Shown here: piece after piece, positions 1 through 13,200 of the stretch | How the letters are laid out: every line of letters begins with the position of its first letter | Numbering within the stretch: the first letter of the stretch is position 1 | Origin: Sphyrna mokarran | Lineage: Eukaryota | Assembly: GCA_024679065.1 (NCBI GenBank) | Contig: JAGIQG010000016.1 | Coordinates: forward strand, 11,160,001-11,224,000 | DNA length: 64,000 nt | Direction of reading: 5' to 3' | Program-made: the position numbers and the translations under genes | Notes under the pieces: generated by a model | The model's input: the letters and a program-made list of their open reading frames with translations, nothing else | Told to the model about the DNA's origin: nothing | Database searches by the model: none

Positions 1-59
1 AAAGTTATGCAGTCACCTGCAGACAGGATTTGTTCCCTAACGGGACATGCAACTGGGAT

Positions 60-1750
60 AACAGAGGAGTTCTGCTATCCGCAGCACAAACAATATCAAT
101 GGATTGAATTCATAAAGTTTCCATGTGAGCAGGCTTTGGGATCAAATAATTAATGAATGAATTAAGTGACATTTTCCATCAGTTCCTCATAATTATCTGA
201 AAGAAGTGCAACCCAAAGGAGTAACAAACCATTCAAGTTTCTTTTTCAACTGTGAGGTATACTTCTGGGAGTCGGACAATACATGTTGAGCCCGAACAGT
301 GCAAAAAAGATCCAATATATGACATTCATTCAGACTTTAGACATGGATTATTTATGCTTGAAAGAATGTTCATTTTTTTTCAGCAAAAAGATGTTCGTGC
401 ATTCCCTAAGCATCTATTCACGTAATGAAATCTTCCCAAATCCATCTTCCCACAACATGAACTATTCTCGCGCTTCACCTACCATACCAACCTTTGGAAT
501 ACCCAAGGCTTTATAGACTCTTTGATGACAGACCAACCAATGTCATTGTTGACGTTATCAAAATACATTGTCACCATTTAAGGTATTCCGTTGTCTCATT
601 TGCCCTAGAAACATAGGAACATAAGGCGGCCATTCAACCATTGATAGTGCACCGACATACTCAGTCCACCCACTCCACCCTGCCTTTCACACTGAATCCA
701 TGTCCCCTTGTCAGTAACTTTTTAAATAAGGTGAGCAGTTGATTTTTATTCACCTTTCCTTGTCTCCCACAATCCTGCACACTGGACCAGGTTTTCTCTC
801 AGTTTCCTGCTCTCCAACAAAATGTTATGCAACCTTCTTCGTGACTTAGATTTTCCCTCATAACAGCATTCTGATATGTGAATTCTGCACCCCTTCCAAC
901 AGTTCTGTTTGTCCTTCAGAGTTGACCGCAATACTGCAGCTGTGGCTGAACCAAACTTTTCTCCAACTTCCAAAGGAATTGTTTATTTTTAGATAATTTA
1001 CATGTCTCACCTGATAAAGACGTTTCCATTCCACTTTCAGAAATCTCTGAATAAACATATCAGGCAATGTTTTTGCGCAAAACGTCCTAGGCACCTTTCA
1101 TTCATTGAAAACTCCTTGTAAATTTATTCCTTCCTATGTGTATTAACTCACAGATTTCAGAGTGAAATTGCATCTGGGAAGTATTTGTCCAATAGGTTGT
1201 TTTTTTTTCACCACATTGACGACACCATACAGACGCTATGACAATGGATAGATAAATTTCCTCAACAATAACGAGGCAGGAGTATTCTCTGCCTGTCGGG
1301 GAAGACATCAGCGGTCGCAGGCATTCAGTCTTTGATTTTCGGATAAGCATTCTCCAATTCGTTCTTCACAACATACGACATCACACAATTGCCAAGCAAA
1401 AATCTGATAGCCAATTCCCAGACACATGAGGAAGGTTTCAAAACGGATCTTGAATTCATGACTCAGTATGCAACAACCTTGACTTCTCTGGACTTGTAAA
1501 ATCTCTTTAACTATTCTTGCTTGAGTCAATTCACACCACTTTATCCTGCGCTTAATAGTCACTCCACTCGGACTGTCTGCAGCTGTAAAGATTGACTAGT
1601 TGTAAAGAGTCGCGTTCCGATCATTATCTTGTAAAGTGAGTTTGTATCTTTGTATTCCCTGATTGTGAGCACACCTCTTCACTCGCCTGAACATGGAGCA
1701 ACAGTGTGAAACCTTGTGCTACCAAAACAAACTGATGGACTTTTAGCTGG
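60..1750 (-). mobile_element. Highly degenerate LTR-retrotransposon (Gypsy-like) pol/integrase remnant
   Basis: Minus-strand fragments IKWCE (cf. SKWPE), SHEF..FETFLMCLGI (cf. S.EF..FL...GI.H), GWSVIKE and IDIV; many stops and frameshifts; boundaries approximate. Confidence 0.35.
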
Positions 1751-1944
1751 TAGTGTGAGACTTCTCGCAGTTCCGACGATTGAGCCAATTTTGAGTCTAC
1801 TGCATCAAATTTCCCCGAATCCCATATGTTTTTCTTGCTTCACATGTCTCCCATATGCACCTGTTCAAAAACTTTTCTGAAATCCATATACACAACATCG
1901 ACGGCACCACTGCTGCTCGAGGCATGGTGAGAACTACAGATCCA

Positions 1945-3240
1945 CAGAATCATACAATCTTGAAGTGCAGGAGAGGCCATTCAGCCCATCGGGCCCAATC
2001 TATGCATGCACGACCCTAACCCATCCACCTTATCCCACTTATCTGCACTTGGCCGATAGCTTACAATGTTCCGATGTTTCAAGTACTCACCCTTAAATGA
2101 TATGAGGCATCCTGCCTCTACGACCCTCCCAGGAAGTGCATTCGTTAACATCACCACTTTCTGAGTAAAAAAGATTTTTTTTTCCAATTTTCCCCTAAAA
2201 CTCCTCGTTTACTTAGTGTCCTCTCTCTAATTCACCATTTAACTGAAGGGAACAGCTGCTCCCTCTCCATCCTGTTAATGCTCTTCATCACCTTGAACAA
2301 ATCAGTCAGGTCGCCCTTCGTTGTTCTCTACTTCATAGAAAACATCCCACGCCAATCTAAGATCTTTTTCTTATTTAAATTTTCAATCTCAAGAATCATC
2401 CTGGTGAATCTTCGCTACATCCCCTGAAGTTCTTTTACACCATTCCTATATTCTGGTGATCAGATCTACACACAGTACCCCAGTTACAACCTCAGCAAAT
2501 ATCTAGAGAAAACTATCGTGGCATAATTGCGAAAGTAATCCATACCCCAATTGATAAAGGCGGGTCTGCTACAATCCGTCTCTCACTCCATTACTAACCA
2601 GTTTTTCAGGCTTCACGGATGTATAGGCAACATCGCCAATGTCACTTTGTGCTGTGAAACTTCTCAATGATAGAGTTTCTACCGCATTATTCTTTGTAAA
2701 ATTGCTCCTTCCGAAGTACATCACCTCTCAATGATCAAGGTTAAATTCCATTTGCCACTCCGCTGCCCATTTGAAAATTTGGGCTATATTTTCCTGTAAG
2801 CAAAGGCACTCAAACTCAGTAATAAGCATCTGACCAATCGTTGGGTGAAGAGCAAACATACAGATCCGACAACAACACCTCCCCCCCCCCCGCCCCTCAC
2901 ATAGTCATCTATGCAATTTATATGAATGACAAACAATAGAGGAGCCAGCGCAGTGTATGAATTTGTTCACTGGCTCCAAGTCGCCAAAGAAGCCATTCTG
3001 TCAACACCCCCTGACTCTGACCGCTAAGCAAAATATGAACCCACCTATTTGATTACCCTGTACCCAATTTGCATTAAGGCCTCTAAGTACACGATGTGCG
3101 ACTTTGTCGATGGATTTGCTGAAGTCTTAGCAAACTATATTAACCACATAATCCTCATCCACAAACTGGCTGGCATGTTAAAATAATATCAACAAAATTT
3201 ATTCGGCATGACCACTCGTTGACAAAACCATGCTGACAAT
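1945..3240 (-). mobile_element. CR1-type LINE, 3' portion, degenerate
   Basis: ORF 1981-2187 FFTQKVV...NALPGRVVEAG is the CR1 ORF2 C-terminus; QHGF motif near 3225. Confidence 0.8.
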
Positions 3241-3284
3241 TACAAAGAACACAAAGAACAAAACAGCACGGGAAACATGATCAA

Positions 3285-4865
3285 ATCTTCCTGACCAAAG
3301 TGGAGATATATTCTCTCCAGGTCCTGAGAGGGTATTCCCACGGACATTGAGGGAGGCTAGTAGTGAACTTGCAGCTGCCCTGGCAGACATATTTAAATAT
3401 ACAGGAAAGGCACAGGATGGCTGGAAGGTGGCTCATGTTGTTCCATTATTTAAAAAAAAAACGTTCCACATAAATCCGGCAATTATAGGCCAGTAAGCTT
3501 GACGTTCGTGGTGGGCAAGTTATTGTCCGGTGTGATAAGGGATGAGGGATAAGAACGTCAAATATTTGGATAGACAGGGATTTAATAGGGAGAGTCAACA
3601 TGGCTTTGTGGTGGTAGGTCATTTGTTTTTCGAGGAGGTTTCCAGAAGAGTGGATGAAGGACAGTTGGTGGATGTTCATTACCTGGATTTTAGCAAGGCC
3701 TGTGATAAGGCCCCTCTAGGGAGGTTAGTTAGGAAGGTTCAGTCGCTAGGTATATGTGGGGAGGTAATAAATTGGATTCGACACAACATCAATGAAACAA
3801 ACCACAGAGTGGCTATGGAAGATTGCTTCTCTGAGTGGAGGCCTGTGATATTGGTGTGCTGCAGAGATCAGTGTTGTGTCTATTGTTGTTTGTCTTCTAT
3901 ATCAATGATCTGGATGATAATGTGGTAAATTGGATAAGCAAATTTGCTGATGATATAAAGATTGGAGGTGTAGTGGACAGTGAGCATGGTCTTCAAAGCT
4001 TGAGAAGGGATTTGAATAAACTAGGAAATGGACTGAAAATGACAAATGGAAGTTAACTTCGGCAAATGTGAGATATTGCATTTTGGAAGGACAAACCAAA
4101 GTAGAATGTACAGGGTAAACGGTAGGACTCTGAAGATGCAGATGTGCAGAGTGATCTGGGAATACAGGTACAGAATTCCCTAAAAGTGATATCACAGATG
4201 GGTAGAGTCGTTCGGGGTACTTTCGGTACATTGACCTTTATAAATCGGAGTAAACGTTGGAATGTTATGGTAAGATTATACAAGGCAAATTTCGGGTATC
4301 GTGCACAGTTTTGGTGATCTAGTTACAAAAAGGATGTAAACAAGAGTGAAAAAGTGCAGAGAAGATTAACGAGGATGTTGCCGGGATTTGAGAAGCTGAG
4401 TTACATAGAGAGATTCAATAGGTTTGGACTCTATTCCTGGAGCGTAGAAGAATGGGGCGGAGGTTTGATAGAGATGAAAAGGGTTTTGATGGGTATAGAT
4501 AGAGTGAATGGAAACAGGCTTTTATCCACTGAGGCTAGGGGACAGAGAACAAAACAGAGGACATCGTTTAAGGTTGAAAGGAGAAAAGTTTAAATTACAT
4601 ATTGGGTGGTGGGAGGGAAGGGGAAGAGGTTTCTTCACGCAAAGTGTGGTGGGAATGTGAAATTAGCTGCCGGGTAATGTGTTTAATGTGGGCTGTCTTT
4701 TAACATTTTCAAAAAAAATCTTGAACAGGTACATGGATGAGAGGGGTGTGGAGGAGTATGGTTCAATTGCAGGTCCATTTGTCTCGGGAAAAAAATATGG
4801 TTCGGCACAGACACGAAGGGCCAAAAGGCTTGTCTTTGAGCTGTAAGTTTCCTGTGGTTTCGATG
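3285..4865 (+). mobile_element. CR1-type LINE ORF2 (RT) and 3' end, frameshifted
   Basis: [41 protein letters not shown] motifs. Confidence 0.9.
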
Positions 4866-4869
4866 TAGG

Positions 4870-7250
4870 ATCTCTACTGTATTTTCTCTAAAACCTCACT
4901 GTTCTCTTCCCGAGTTTAATAACTAACTGTTCATTGTCAAGGGAAAGGCAATTTGATATATTCATCTAAAACAAGATCCTCTGCCTTCACTCAAGATTTC
5001 CGCCTTGGTCCCTTAAGGTCTCTGGTTATCCTCTTTCCCTTGATATGTTCAAGAATAATTTCTTTGTTTCTTTACTTTTACAAGCCATGCAGATCTCATA
5101 TCTCCTCCTTGCTCTCCTATTTGCTCACTCATATCCATCGTGCACTTTCTATCCCCCATTAATAGTACCATAGATACAGGCGTCCTCTCCACCATTGCAC
5201 TCCACCCCCCGCGCCACTGGTATATATCAAGAACCTCCATTTTATTTCTAACTGTACTCTCAAGGTCTCCGGTCACCCATGGTTTCCTGGGTTTATTATG
5301 TCATCCTATTACCCTAAATGGAACATGTTGGCCCTGGAAGCTCCCCAATTCATCTTTGAGCGCCGTCCTTTGCTGCTGTGTAGGTTTCCCCATATCTAAC
5401 TCGTTCCAGTCTATCTTGGCCGGATCCGGCCTAATGTTGTTAAAATATGCTTTCCCCAATCCTAATCCTTTTTTTTCTGCAACGTATCTTATTTTTTGTC
5501 CATTACAGATTTGAATTGAACAGCTTTTTTGCAGCTATCACCAAAATGTCCCTCCACCAAAACATCCACGATCTACCCGGCTTCATTACTCAGTATTAGG
5601 TGCAGCAATGTTCCCTCCATTGCTGTATCCTCTAAATATTTACCGAAGTAATTTTGCTATATATGTATCATGATCTCTACTCCATATAATCCCTTAAAAT
5701 GATAGCTATCCAAATTAATGTTGCAAAATTTCAAATCACGCAATATAATTACCCTTTTAACATTTTTACTCTCCACTGCAAATTGCACACGTATTTGGTC
5801 TTCAATTCCCAGCTGATTATCAGGAAGTTTACAATAAACACCTAACAGTGTAGCCATTCTTTTGTATCCTTGAATCTATCCGCAAGGATACATGGGATTC
5901 CCCTTCCATGTTATCATCTTGTCATACTGCAGCGACTGATTCGTTAAATAATAAGGCAATGTCTCTTCTTTTGCCTGCCCCTCCTCGCACCTCTGTCTCG
6001 CTTGGAGATTCTACATCAAGGGATGTTGAGTATCAAATCCCGTCCTTCGCTCAGTGATGTCTTTATCACCTCCGCAAAAAAAAAAACAACAACATTTGTT
6101 CAACATGAAATCCGTCTTGCGAAGCCATGATCAAGCTTTCTTTCTGCAAGTGGGGATCCATGTTATTTTGTGGATTTTATCTAGTCATTTCCTTACACTG
6201 ATATTAGGCAGGCTGATCTTTGATTTACTAATTTATCTCTTTCCCTTCTTCAATTGTGAAACGTCAATAGGTCTTCTCCAAACGTCTTTCACTTCCACGG
6301 TGACAGAGTGGAATTGGAATATCGCGTCGGCAATCTACACAGTTGCCACCCATAGGCTACAACACAAATCATATGGCCTTGGAGGTGTACCCAGTTTTAA
6401 GGGCGCTAACAGCTCGAGTACTTTGTGCTTCAGTCTGTCGATTTAGTCAACAATCTCACAGGACTTCCCTTAGAATTTCGTACAATCTTCCTTCTTCTTT
6501 GGGGTGATGACGGAGGTGAAGTATTCTTTACCAATGTCTTCTAGCGTCATCCTCAGATTGACCGCTAAGTCCCAGAAGGGGCACAAATCTCTCCCAAGTC
6601 CTCCTCCTCCGGTGCTTAAGTCATATCTTGGGATGATCCCTACATTTATAAGTCGGATAATTTTCAGATTCTGTCTTAGATTTAAAAATAGTTTTCTCCA
6701 ATCTGACTGATCAATGAATAACTAGGGTCTCGATTGTTTTGCTCTCCTCATAATTTTCAAACGTCCTTTTTGTCTCTCATTGTACCCTGAACATTACTAA
6801 TCACCTAAGGTTTTCTGAGCTTGTTATCCTTACCCTTCACCCTAGCTGGAACGTGCTCGGCGTGCACGTCCCTTTGTCTTTTTCTTGTTAATAACCATCA
6901 AAGCTCGTACACAGAAAGTCCAATTAGAGGATTTATCCCAGTCCATCATGGTCCAATCCTGTCTTATTTAACTTAAAACTATTCTCCCGATTTATTTAGT
7001 TATTTATTTTTTCGTTTGTTTTTGCAGTTGATCTATTTTACATAATTTGGACCATGTTGTGCTCGCAATTCCAAAAATGCTCACGCAAAACAACGTGAAC
7101 AACCTATCCATCCTTATTCCCCAGAATCAGGATCATTCAGCTCCCTGCATTGTTGGGCCTTACACCTATTGATTAAAAAATACCTGGTCACATATCAAGA
7201 AATAAATTCAATCGGAGTCATTAACAGCGCATTAATACGTGTAACATGAT
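4870..7250 (-). mobile_element. Degenerate CR1 ORF2 fragments (endonuclease/linker region; probably two pieces)
   Basis: ORF 5657-5857 LLGVYCKLP...VIILRDLKFCNIN resembles the CR1 APE motif GVYYRPP...VIMGDFN. Confidence 0.6.
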
Positions 7251-7900
7251 TTAAATTATTTACACGATTATCATTTGGCCATTATTTATGTTTTATATTC
7301 TCAGTTTCCAATGACATGACGGTTGTGACCATATTGCAGTCTAACTGGACAAATATGATAGTGATTTGGTACCTTACGATTAGCGATACAAATTTGTTTA
7401 CGCCACGTTGAGAAATCCCTCGCATTGTCATCTCTTATCGTTGATGAGCTCGGGTGTGTATGAAGCTACAGATATAAGTTTTGAAAAAAAAAACTATTTT
7501 GCATAAGCGTCAAATCTGAATGGATGTGGCTCTATTGTCATTAGGGACGTTATGGCTAAAGTTGCATTAGTTGTACCAATTGTTTTGTATTTTGGTTTAT
7601 TTACTCCATGTTGTATCTAACAGAATGTTAACCTATTAAGACAACATGTTCCAAAATATATTATATGCAATCCAAAGCGAAGATGGAAAGGCAGTTTGTC
7701 CTGTACAGGAGGATTAAACGTTTCTTTGGAAGGATTTTTCTCTGATGATGTTAGGTTCTGCAACATTTATGTATTAAATATTCCAGTGGGCGGCGCTGAA
7801 TTCATGCCTATGTTCAGTGACTGTCATTTTTTTTAGTATTTGTTGAGAAATTTGATCATGGCGCTTTGGTTGTTTTTTTTTGTTTCATGCGACATATTAG

Positions 7901-7915
7901 AACGACATGGCCTGG
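7901..7915 (+). CDS. Possible 15-nt phase-1 microexon (ERHGL)
   Basis: T-rich tract ...catattag|AACGACATGGCCTGG|gtgaaa; lies outside the two-module pattern. Confidence 0.3.
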
Positions 7916-8907
7916 GTGAAATCCTGAAAGGATAGTGTTGTCATAATTGCTACATGATTTTTTTTTCATATAATGTCGGGTATGTGTATATTAGAGCAGA
8001 ACAACGATTGGGAAGTCGTATAATTGAAATTCGCAGACTGTGAGCATACAATCATTCAATGATTTTGGGATCACACTAGATTGAAATGATCGATGGAAGG
8101 CATGCATTATAGTTACTTAGCTCAGAGGTTTAGAATAGACTCGGGAGAGAAAAAAAAGGCAGCGAACATTTGACAAGGTAATTGACTGGTGATACAGATG
8201 AACTATGTATTGTTAATGGGGCATGCGTTATCATCTCTCAAAAGAAGACTAATATTCATTGATCAATTCGGAATTAAATTCATTGCCAATAATATCGTGC
8301 AATTGACCTAGCCAAGGAACTGAAAATAAAAGCTGCTTTAGTAATGCTCATAAGAAGGAAATAAGGGATACAAGGACAATGATTCCGAATCTTAATTACT
8401 CTCTGTCATACCACAACACGCTCAGTTGCATGGAACAAAAAGATAATTACCTGAAACTTTGCCAGCCAACTCTTACAATATATCTGCTAAGGCGTGTTTT
8501 GGGGAAGACAATGCTGGATATTCAAATGAGTAACAAAGTGCGGTGTTGCCTGCCGCACAGTCCGTCTTAACCCTTATACAGTGGACAGATAATGACGAAT
8601 AGACGTATTGTTACCACAAACAATATGCATTTAAATCCACGCAATCAATAATCACCCACCCGACAAACAATAAGTTATCTTACAGAAAATACCAGAATGC
8701 ATGTTCAATACCTCTACACAACTTTGCGAAAATGACAGGAACGCAAATAGATATTATAGCAGCACTGTCTTGATAGTCGTCTACGTAGTCGGGTCCTTTG
8801 GACTGATCTGTCACTCTGGCTCTGGACTTCCTTCCTTTTCGAGTGTAGTGGCTCTCCTTGTGCTGGTCTTCGCTGGCAATGACCACCATTGTTGTAGCTC
8901 GTTTGTG

Positions 8908-8913
8908 GTGTGT

Positions 8914-8996
<83 letters not shown>
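8908..8996. repeat. Compound microsatellite (TG)n(AG)n
   Basis: Directly visible. Confidence 0.97.
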
Positions 8997-8998
<2 letters not shown>

Positions 8999-10198
8999 GG
9001 AGATATTCCTGGTTGTGTATCATCATTCATCCCCCGTTTGGTTTCACGTCCCTTTTGGCCATCGCGAATCAGTCGATCTGGACTTGATTCCCCTGATCGA
9101 TAAGAGTCCAATCAGGTGCGGCCACACACATCTCAGGATGTGAGCCCAGCGGCTATGTCTGTAGGTGATAGAGGCACTTCAGTCATATACCTCTCTCCTA
9201 ATTAATGGGTCACGTTTTTCTTATGACTGGTACAAAACCCAGTATGACCAGAAAGTCTCTTTCATCCTGGACATGACCTATATCCTCTTTATTCGCTCGC
9301 CAGGTTTGCGGCCTGTTTGTCTCTGTCTTTAAACTGTCGCCTGTTGTTTTAGTTCTTGCCCAATTGTCTCAGAATTCTTTACAAAGCATCACTTTTTGGC
9401 CAGAAGGACTTCTGTCAAAATCACCATTGTTCTCCCATAGAGCATTTAACAAATAGTTTGCTTTCATGACTCACACTGAACCACTCGTAATTTTGCTTGA
9501 AGATCCGAATCCCAAATTTTCCAGTCTCCCACATCTGTTTGAGATGCAACTAAGCAATTTAATCATGCATGTCCCAGGCAGGATAATTTCGACATTTTGA
9601 TGCCACCTCAGACAAATAATAGATTCGAAGTAAAAGTTTCAAAGAATGATTTAATCTGGTTCCATGTGTTGATTAAGCATCAATTTTAGGTTAATTTCGC
9701 TTTTGATAATATCGGGACTTTCCCCTCAGCAGTCACATACGTACATGGAAATGTTGGTTCGCAACTCATTTTTCATATATTCAAGTTTCATTGATAATGC
9801 ACTGAGACATATTCTGTACCAAACTGAACAGTAAACTTTTTACATAAATGCTGGCATTAGTCCAATGTGGAACGCATGCAGTGCCTGCATATGTTTATGA
9901 CAAGTCGTCAAACGAAATATTTAAACTCGGATTAGCGATGCCAACGGCTAGAAAGAAGAATGCAAACACTTCATGTTTCTCCTGTTTATCTATAATAGGT
10001 TACATCACGGGTGAACGGAAGATGTGCGGTTTGCGCTGCTGTAAAATTTTAACGGTGGTCTTTTGCATTTCTATTCTAATTTTCAGTCGCTTGCCCTTCA
10101 GCTATTGCGAACAGTGCCACGATTACAGCGGAGACTCGGGATTTTCCACACATTTCATAGATTAACTGGACTTCTTTTTCGCTCTGATTGTATTACAG

Positions 10199-10213
10199 AA
10201 AACCAAAGTAAAG
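10199..10213 (+). CDS. Microexon A1, 15 nt (ENQSK)
   Basis: ctgattgtattacag|AAAACCAAAGTAAAG|gtaatt. Confidence 0.7.
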
Positions 10214-13200
10214 GTAATTGAAACATTCGGTGGATGTTCAGTTTGGAAGTATAAAAATCAAAGATTATTTTTGTATTATTCTTTCATTGGAATTGGGCTT
10301 CACGATCAGGCCAAAATGAATTTCTCATACACTGTTGCCAAAAGACATTTCAGAGTCAATTGAACTCCCCTCTTGTGTTACATATTGTACAGGTCCACTA
10401 AGAACGCCAGGTTTATTTACCTAAAGAACATCTGTGAAGCAAACGTTTTTCCTTTCTGACATTCATCAACCGTTTCGTGGTCATCAATATATTCTAAATT
10501 GCACATGCACGTGTTCAATTAAAATACTATACATTCTATGGTAGGTTTATAACCCAGGTCCCCAGACAATCATCGAGTTTTTGCATTAATGATCTGGAGA
10601 TAATGCCACGAGGCCGCAGCCTTCCTTACTTGAGACGACATGGCATGGAGCCACATGTTGTACGTCTTGACATCTTTACTGAAAATATAAATATATGCAG
10701 CTTCTTAACGGCGCCAACTCTTGCATGGCTTTATAATCTCTCCCTCCCTTTAGACTGTCTATCTCTCGAAAAATGTCGGTTAATCATCCAAATATTGTTG
10801 TCCCTTTATCGCATTTTATTTCAAAATGCCTCGATGGAATAGCAAACACACTGTTTAACCAAAAACTGAACATTTCAGACAGTTTCTTAAAAAAAAACTT
10901 CATCAGCATGCAAATGTTTGCAAGAACACTTAACGGATAACACAGTAATTACTGGCAAAGACAAAACAACCAATGTGCGTTTCGTTTCCAAAATTTTTCT
11001 TTGTAACCATCTACGTTTGTTTCAATGGAGACTTTATCTTAATCAGACCTAATTAATTCAGATTCTTGAATACATGTTCAGCGATAACGATATATCCAGT
11101 CTTCAGCTGTTTCAGCCGTAGTTCTGGAGTTATTTATTCGGTTTATTTTAACGACTTGAAATAATCTTAACCTTTGAACGAATGGCTCATTTCACAATTC
11201 TAATACAGTTCAATATATTTTTTTTTCCACTTTCGCCGTTTAATATCTATGTTGGCTTCACTACCAGTTGTGTATTTTGGTTAATCCACAATCCCTGCAC
11301 TAGAACTTTGGCACTTTGTCAATTTTGCAAACGTAAAGGCAGATCACAAAACAGCAACGCTAGTCTCAGTTGATAATTATTATCCCGTATGAAAGTGTTG
11401 TTGTCCATGCAATACGCACATTCAAGGCATGACCCAACAGCAGTCTATTTACCTTAAAACAATAGTCACCACAGCGGCACTATGGCATGGCAGTTAGTTT
11501 CACAGTGCAAGGGACCAGTTTCCATGCCGGTTATTTGTAACGGCTAGCATTGTTTTTTTTTTCCCTTCGCCTGTTCTTGTTTACGCTCATAGTTCCATTT
11601 AGGTAGACTGGCCATGCTAAATACGCCCTTAATGTCACAAATTGTGCAGGTCTGCGTAAGTTGGTCTTGCAGACTGAATGTGCTGAATAGCCTCCATCTT
11701 CAAGATACGAAATCTATGAATCTATAATTGTAAGACAAATGACAGGTGTTGAAACGTGTGTTTTTTTTTGTTGTTGAGGCTTGTATTGCTTTTGCATTAC
11801 CAAAAAGGGTCGCCACTCATAGGATCCGAACGAAACAAAAATACATTTCTGCCTACGACAGAACCTGGGCATTACTTTGCAACGTTGTATTGTATCAAAA
11901 AACAAATCTGAGCAATTGGTAGCAAAAAGATCCCTTCCTAATATACATTTGCAATCCATCAGTGCTAACCTCCAGAAAATATTCTGCGATCGTTTACGTG
12001 CCTGACAAGCTCTTGATGCCGTACGAATGAATGACGATAAAAAACAGATAGTTTAAGACAATTCACATACGACATTCTCCCAGAAGCTATGTGTGTACAA
12101 AGCATCAATCAATCTGTCTTTGGCAAAAAAGAAGCGGGGAGACTATCGGGAGAAGCGGGTGTGGCGGGTGTGGCGGGGGAGGGGGGGAGAGTTTGCAGAC
12201 GTTGCATCCAATTAAATGGATCAATTGCCCCGTGCAATATTTACCTGAAACACGATCCATTTCGTAACCAAAACGAGTCAGAGACAACTTGCCATGGTTG
12301 ATTATTCTAGGTATCACAGCTTTTTTTTTCTCAAAATAAGAAATTTTCACTTCCATCCTCAAAATTTGAAAAAAAAACTTTGACAAAATTCCAAATTTGC
12401 CAACATGAAACTGATTCACTTCACTGATATAATTTTGTACTCAAACTCATTTTTTCAAGGGAATTTAACATTGTTGTCAACGCGGATGTAAAAACTTTGA
12501 ACTTTTTTTTTAGATTCCACAACATACCGATTTTTTTTTACCTTAGATGTACATATTTCCATGTTGAACATCGTGCACTTCCCTAATCAACAGTTCCAAA
12601 AGTTATCAGATGTAAGTGATGTTGGTCCTGAACAATAAGGTTGGCGATATGAATATTTTTGTAAGATATATTCCAATAGGATATATTAATGGATTTGGGA
12701 CTTCGAATTCCTACTTCGGAATATCATTCTTTAGTATTTGAATTCTTTCTATTAGACCACATAATGCTTTAGTCATTCGCGTTTTATTTCTGTTGTTATA
12801 CGTCTGTTAATATCAACATTTTCTCAGCATTCCAATTTAGTGAGAGAAACAGAAGGCAGAAATTCGTTCACCTCTGTACCATATTTATTCGAACATCAAC
12901 TTTCAAATGAACAAAAAAATGATAGCTGCAAGCTTAGGCAAACATTGGCCAATAAATATCCTCGATATTGAATCTATCGTCCTTTCCTCTGAAGCATCCT
13001 TCACGATGGAGGCCTGCCAGTGACGGTTGGGCTGTTCGAGTTACCACTAAAAAAAAACAGGACTACAACGTTGTTTTTATCCACAATTCCCCAGTCGCTT
13101 CCACAAGATTCTTGGCCATCCTGCCATCTCTAAAACCAGTAACAGTTTTTTTTTAGAGCAACACAGCACGGCAAACAGGCCCTTCGGCCCAACGAGCCCG

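Noticed and set aside
8680-9143. Several overlapping ORFs, one with a hydrophobic TM-like stretch
   Set aside because: They stay open because of the (TG)n(AG)n microsatellite; the nearby acceptor (8685) is phase 0 for the hydrophobic frame and no suitable donor was seen
11501-11540. CACAGTG heptamers (here and near 37580) as V(D)J recombination signals
   Set aside because: No ACAAAAACC nonamer at 12/23 spacing; the first lies in a SINE head
12594-12611. 18-nt AG..GTAAGT candidate (VPKVIR)
   Set aside because: Good splice sites, but it ends in T, contains Pro and has no counterpart in module B; left unassigned
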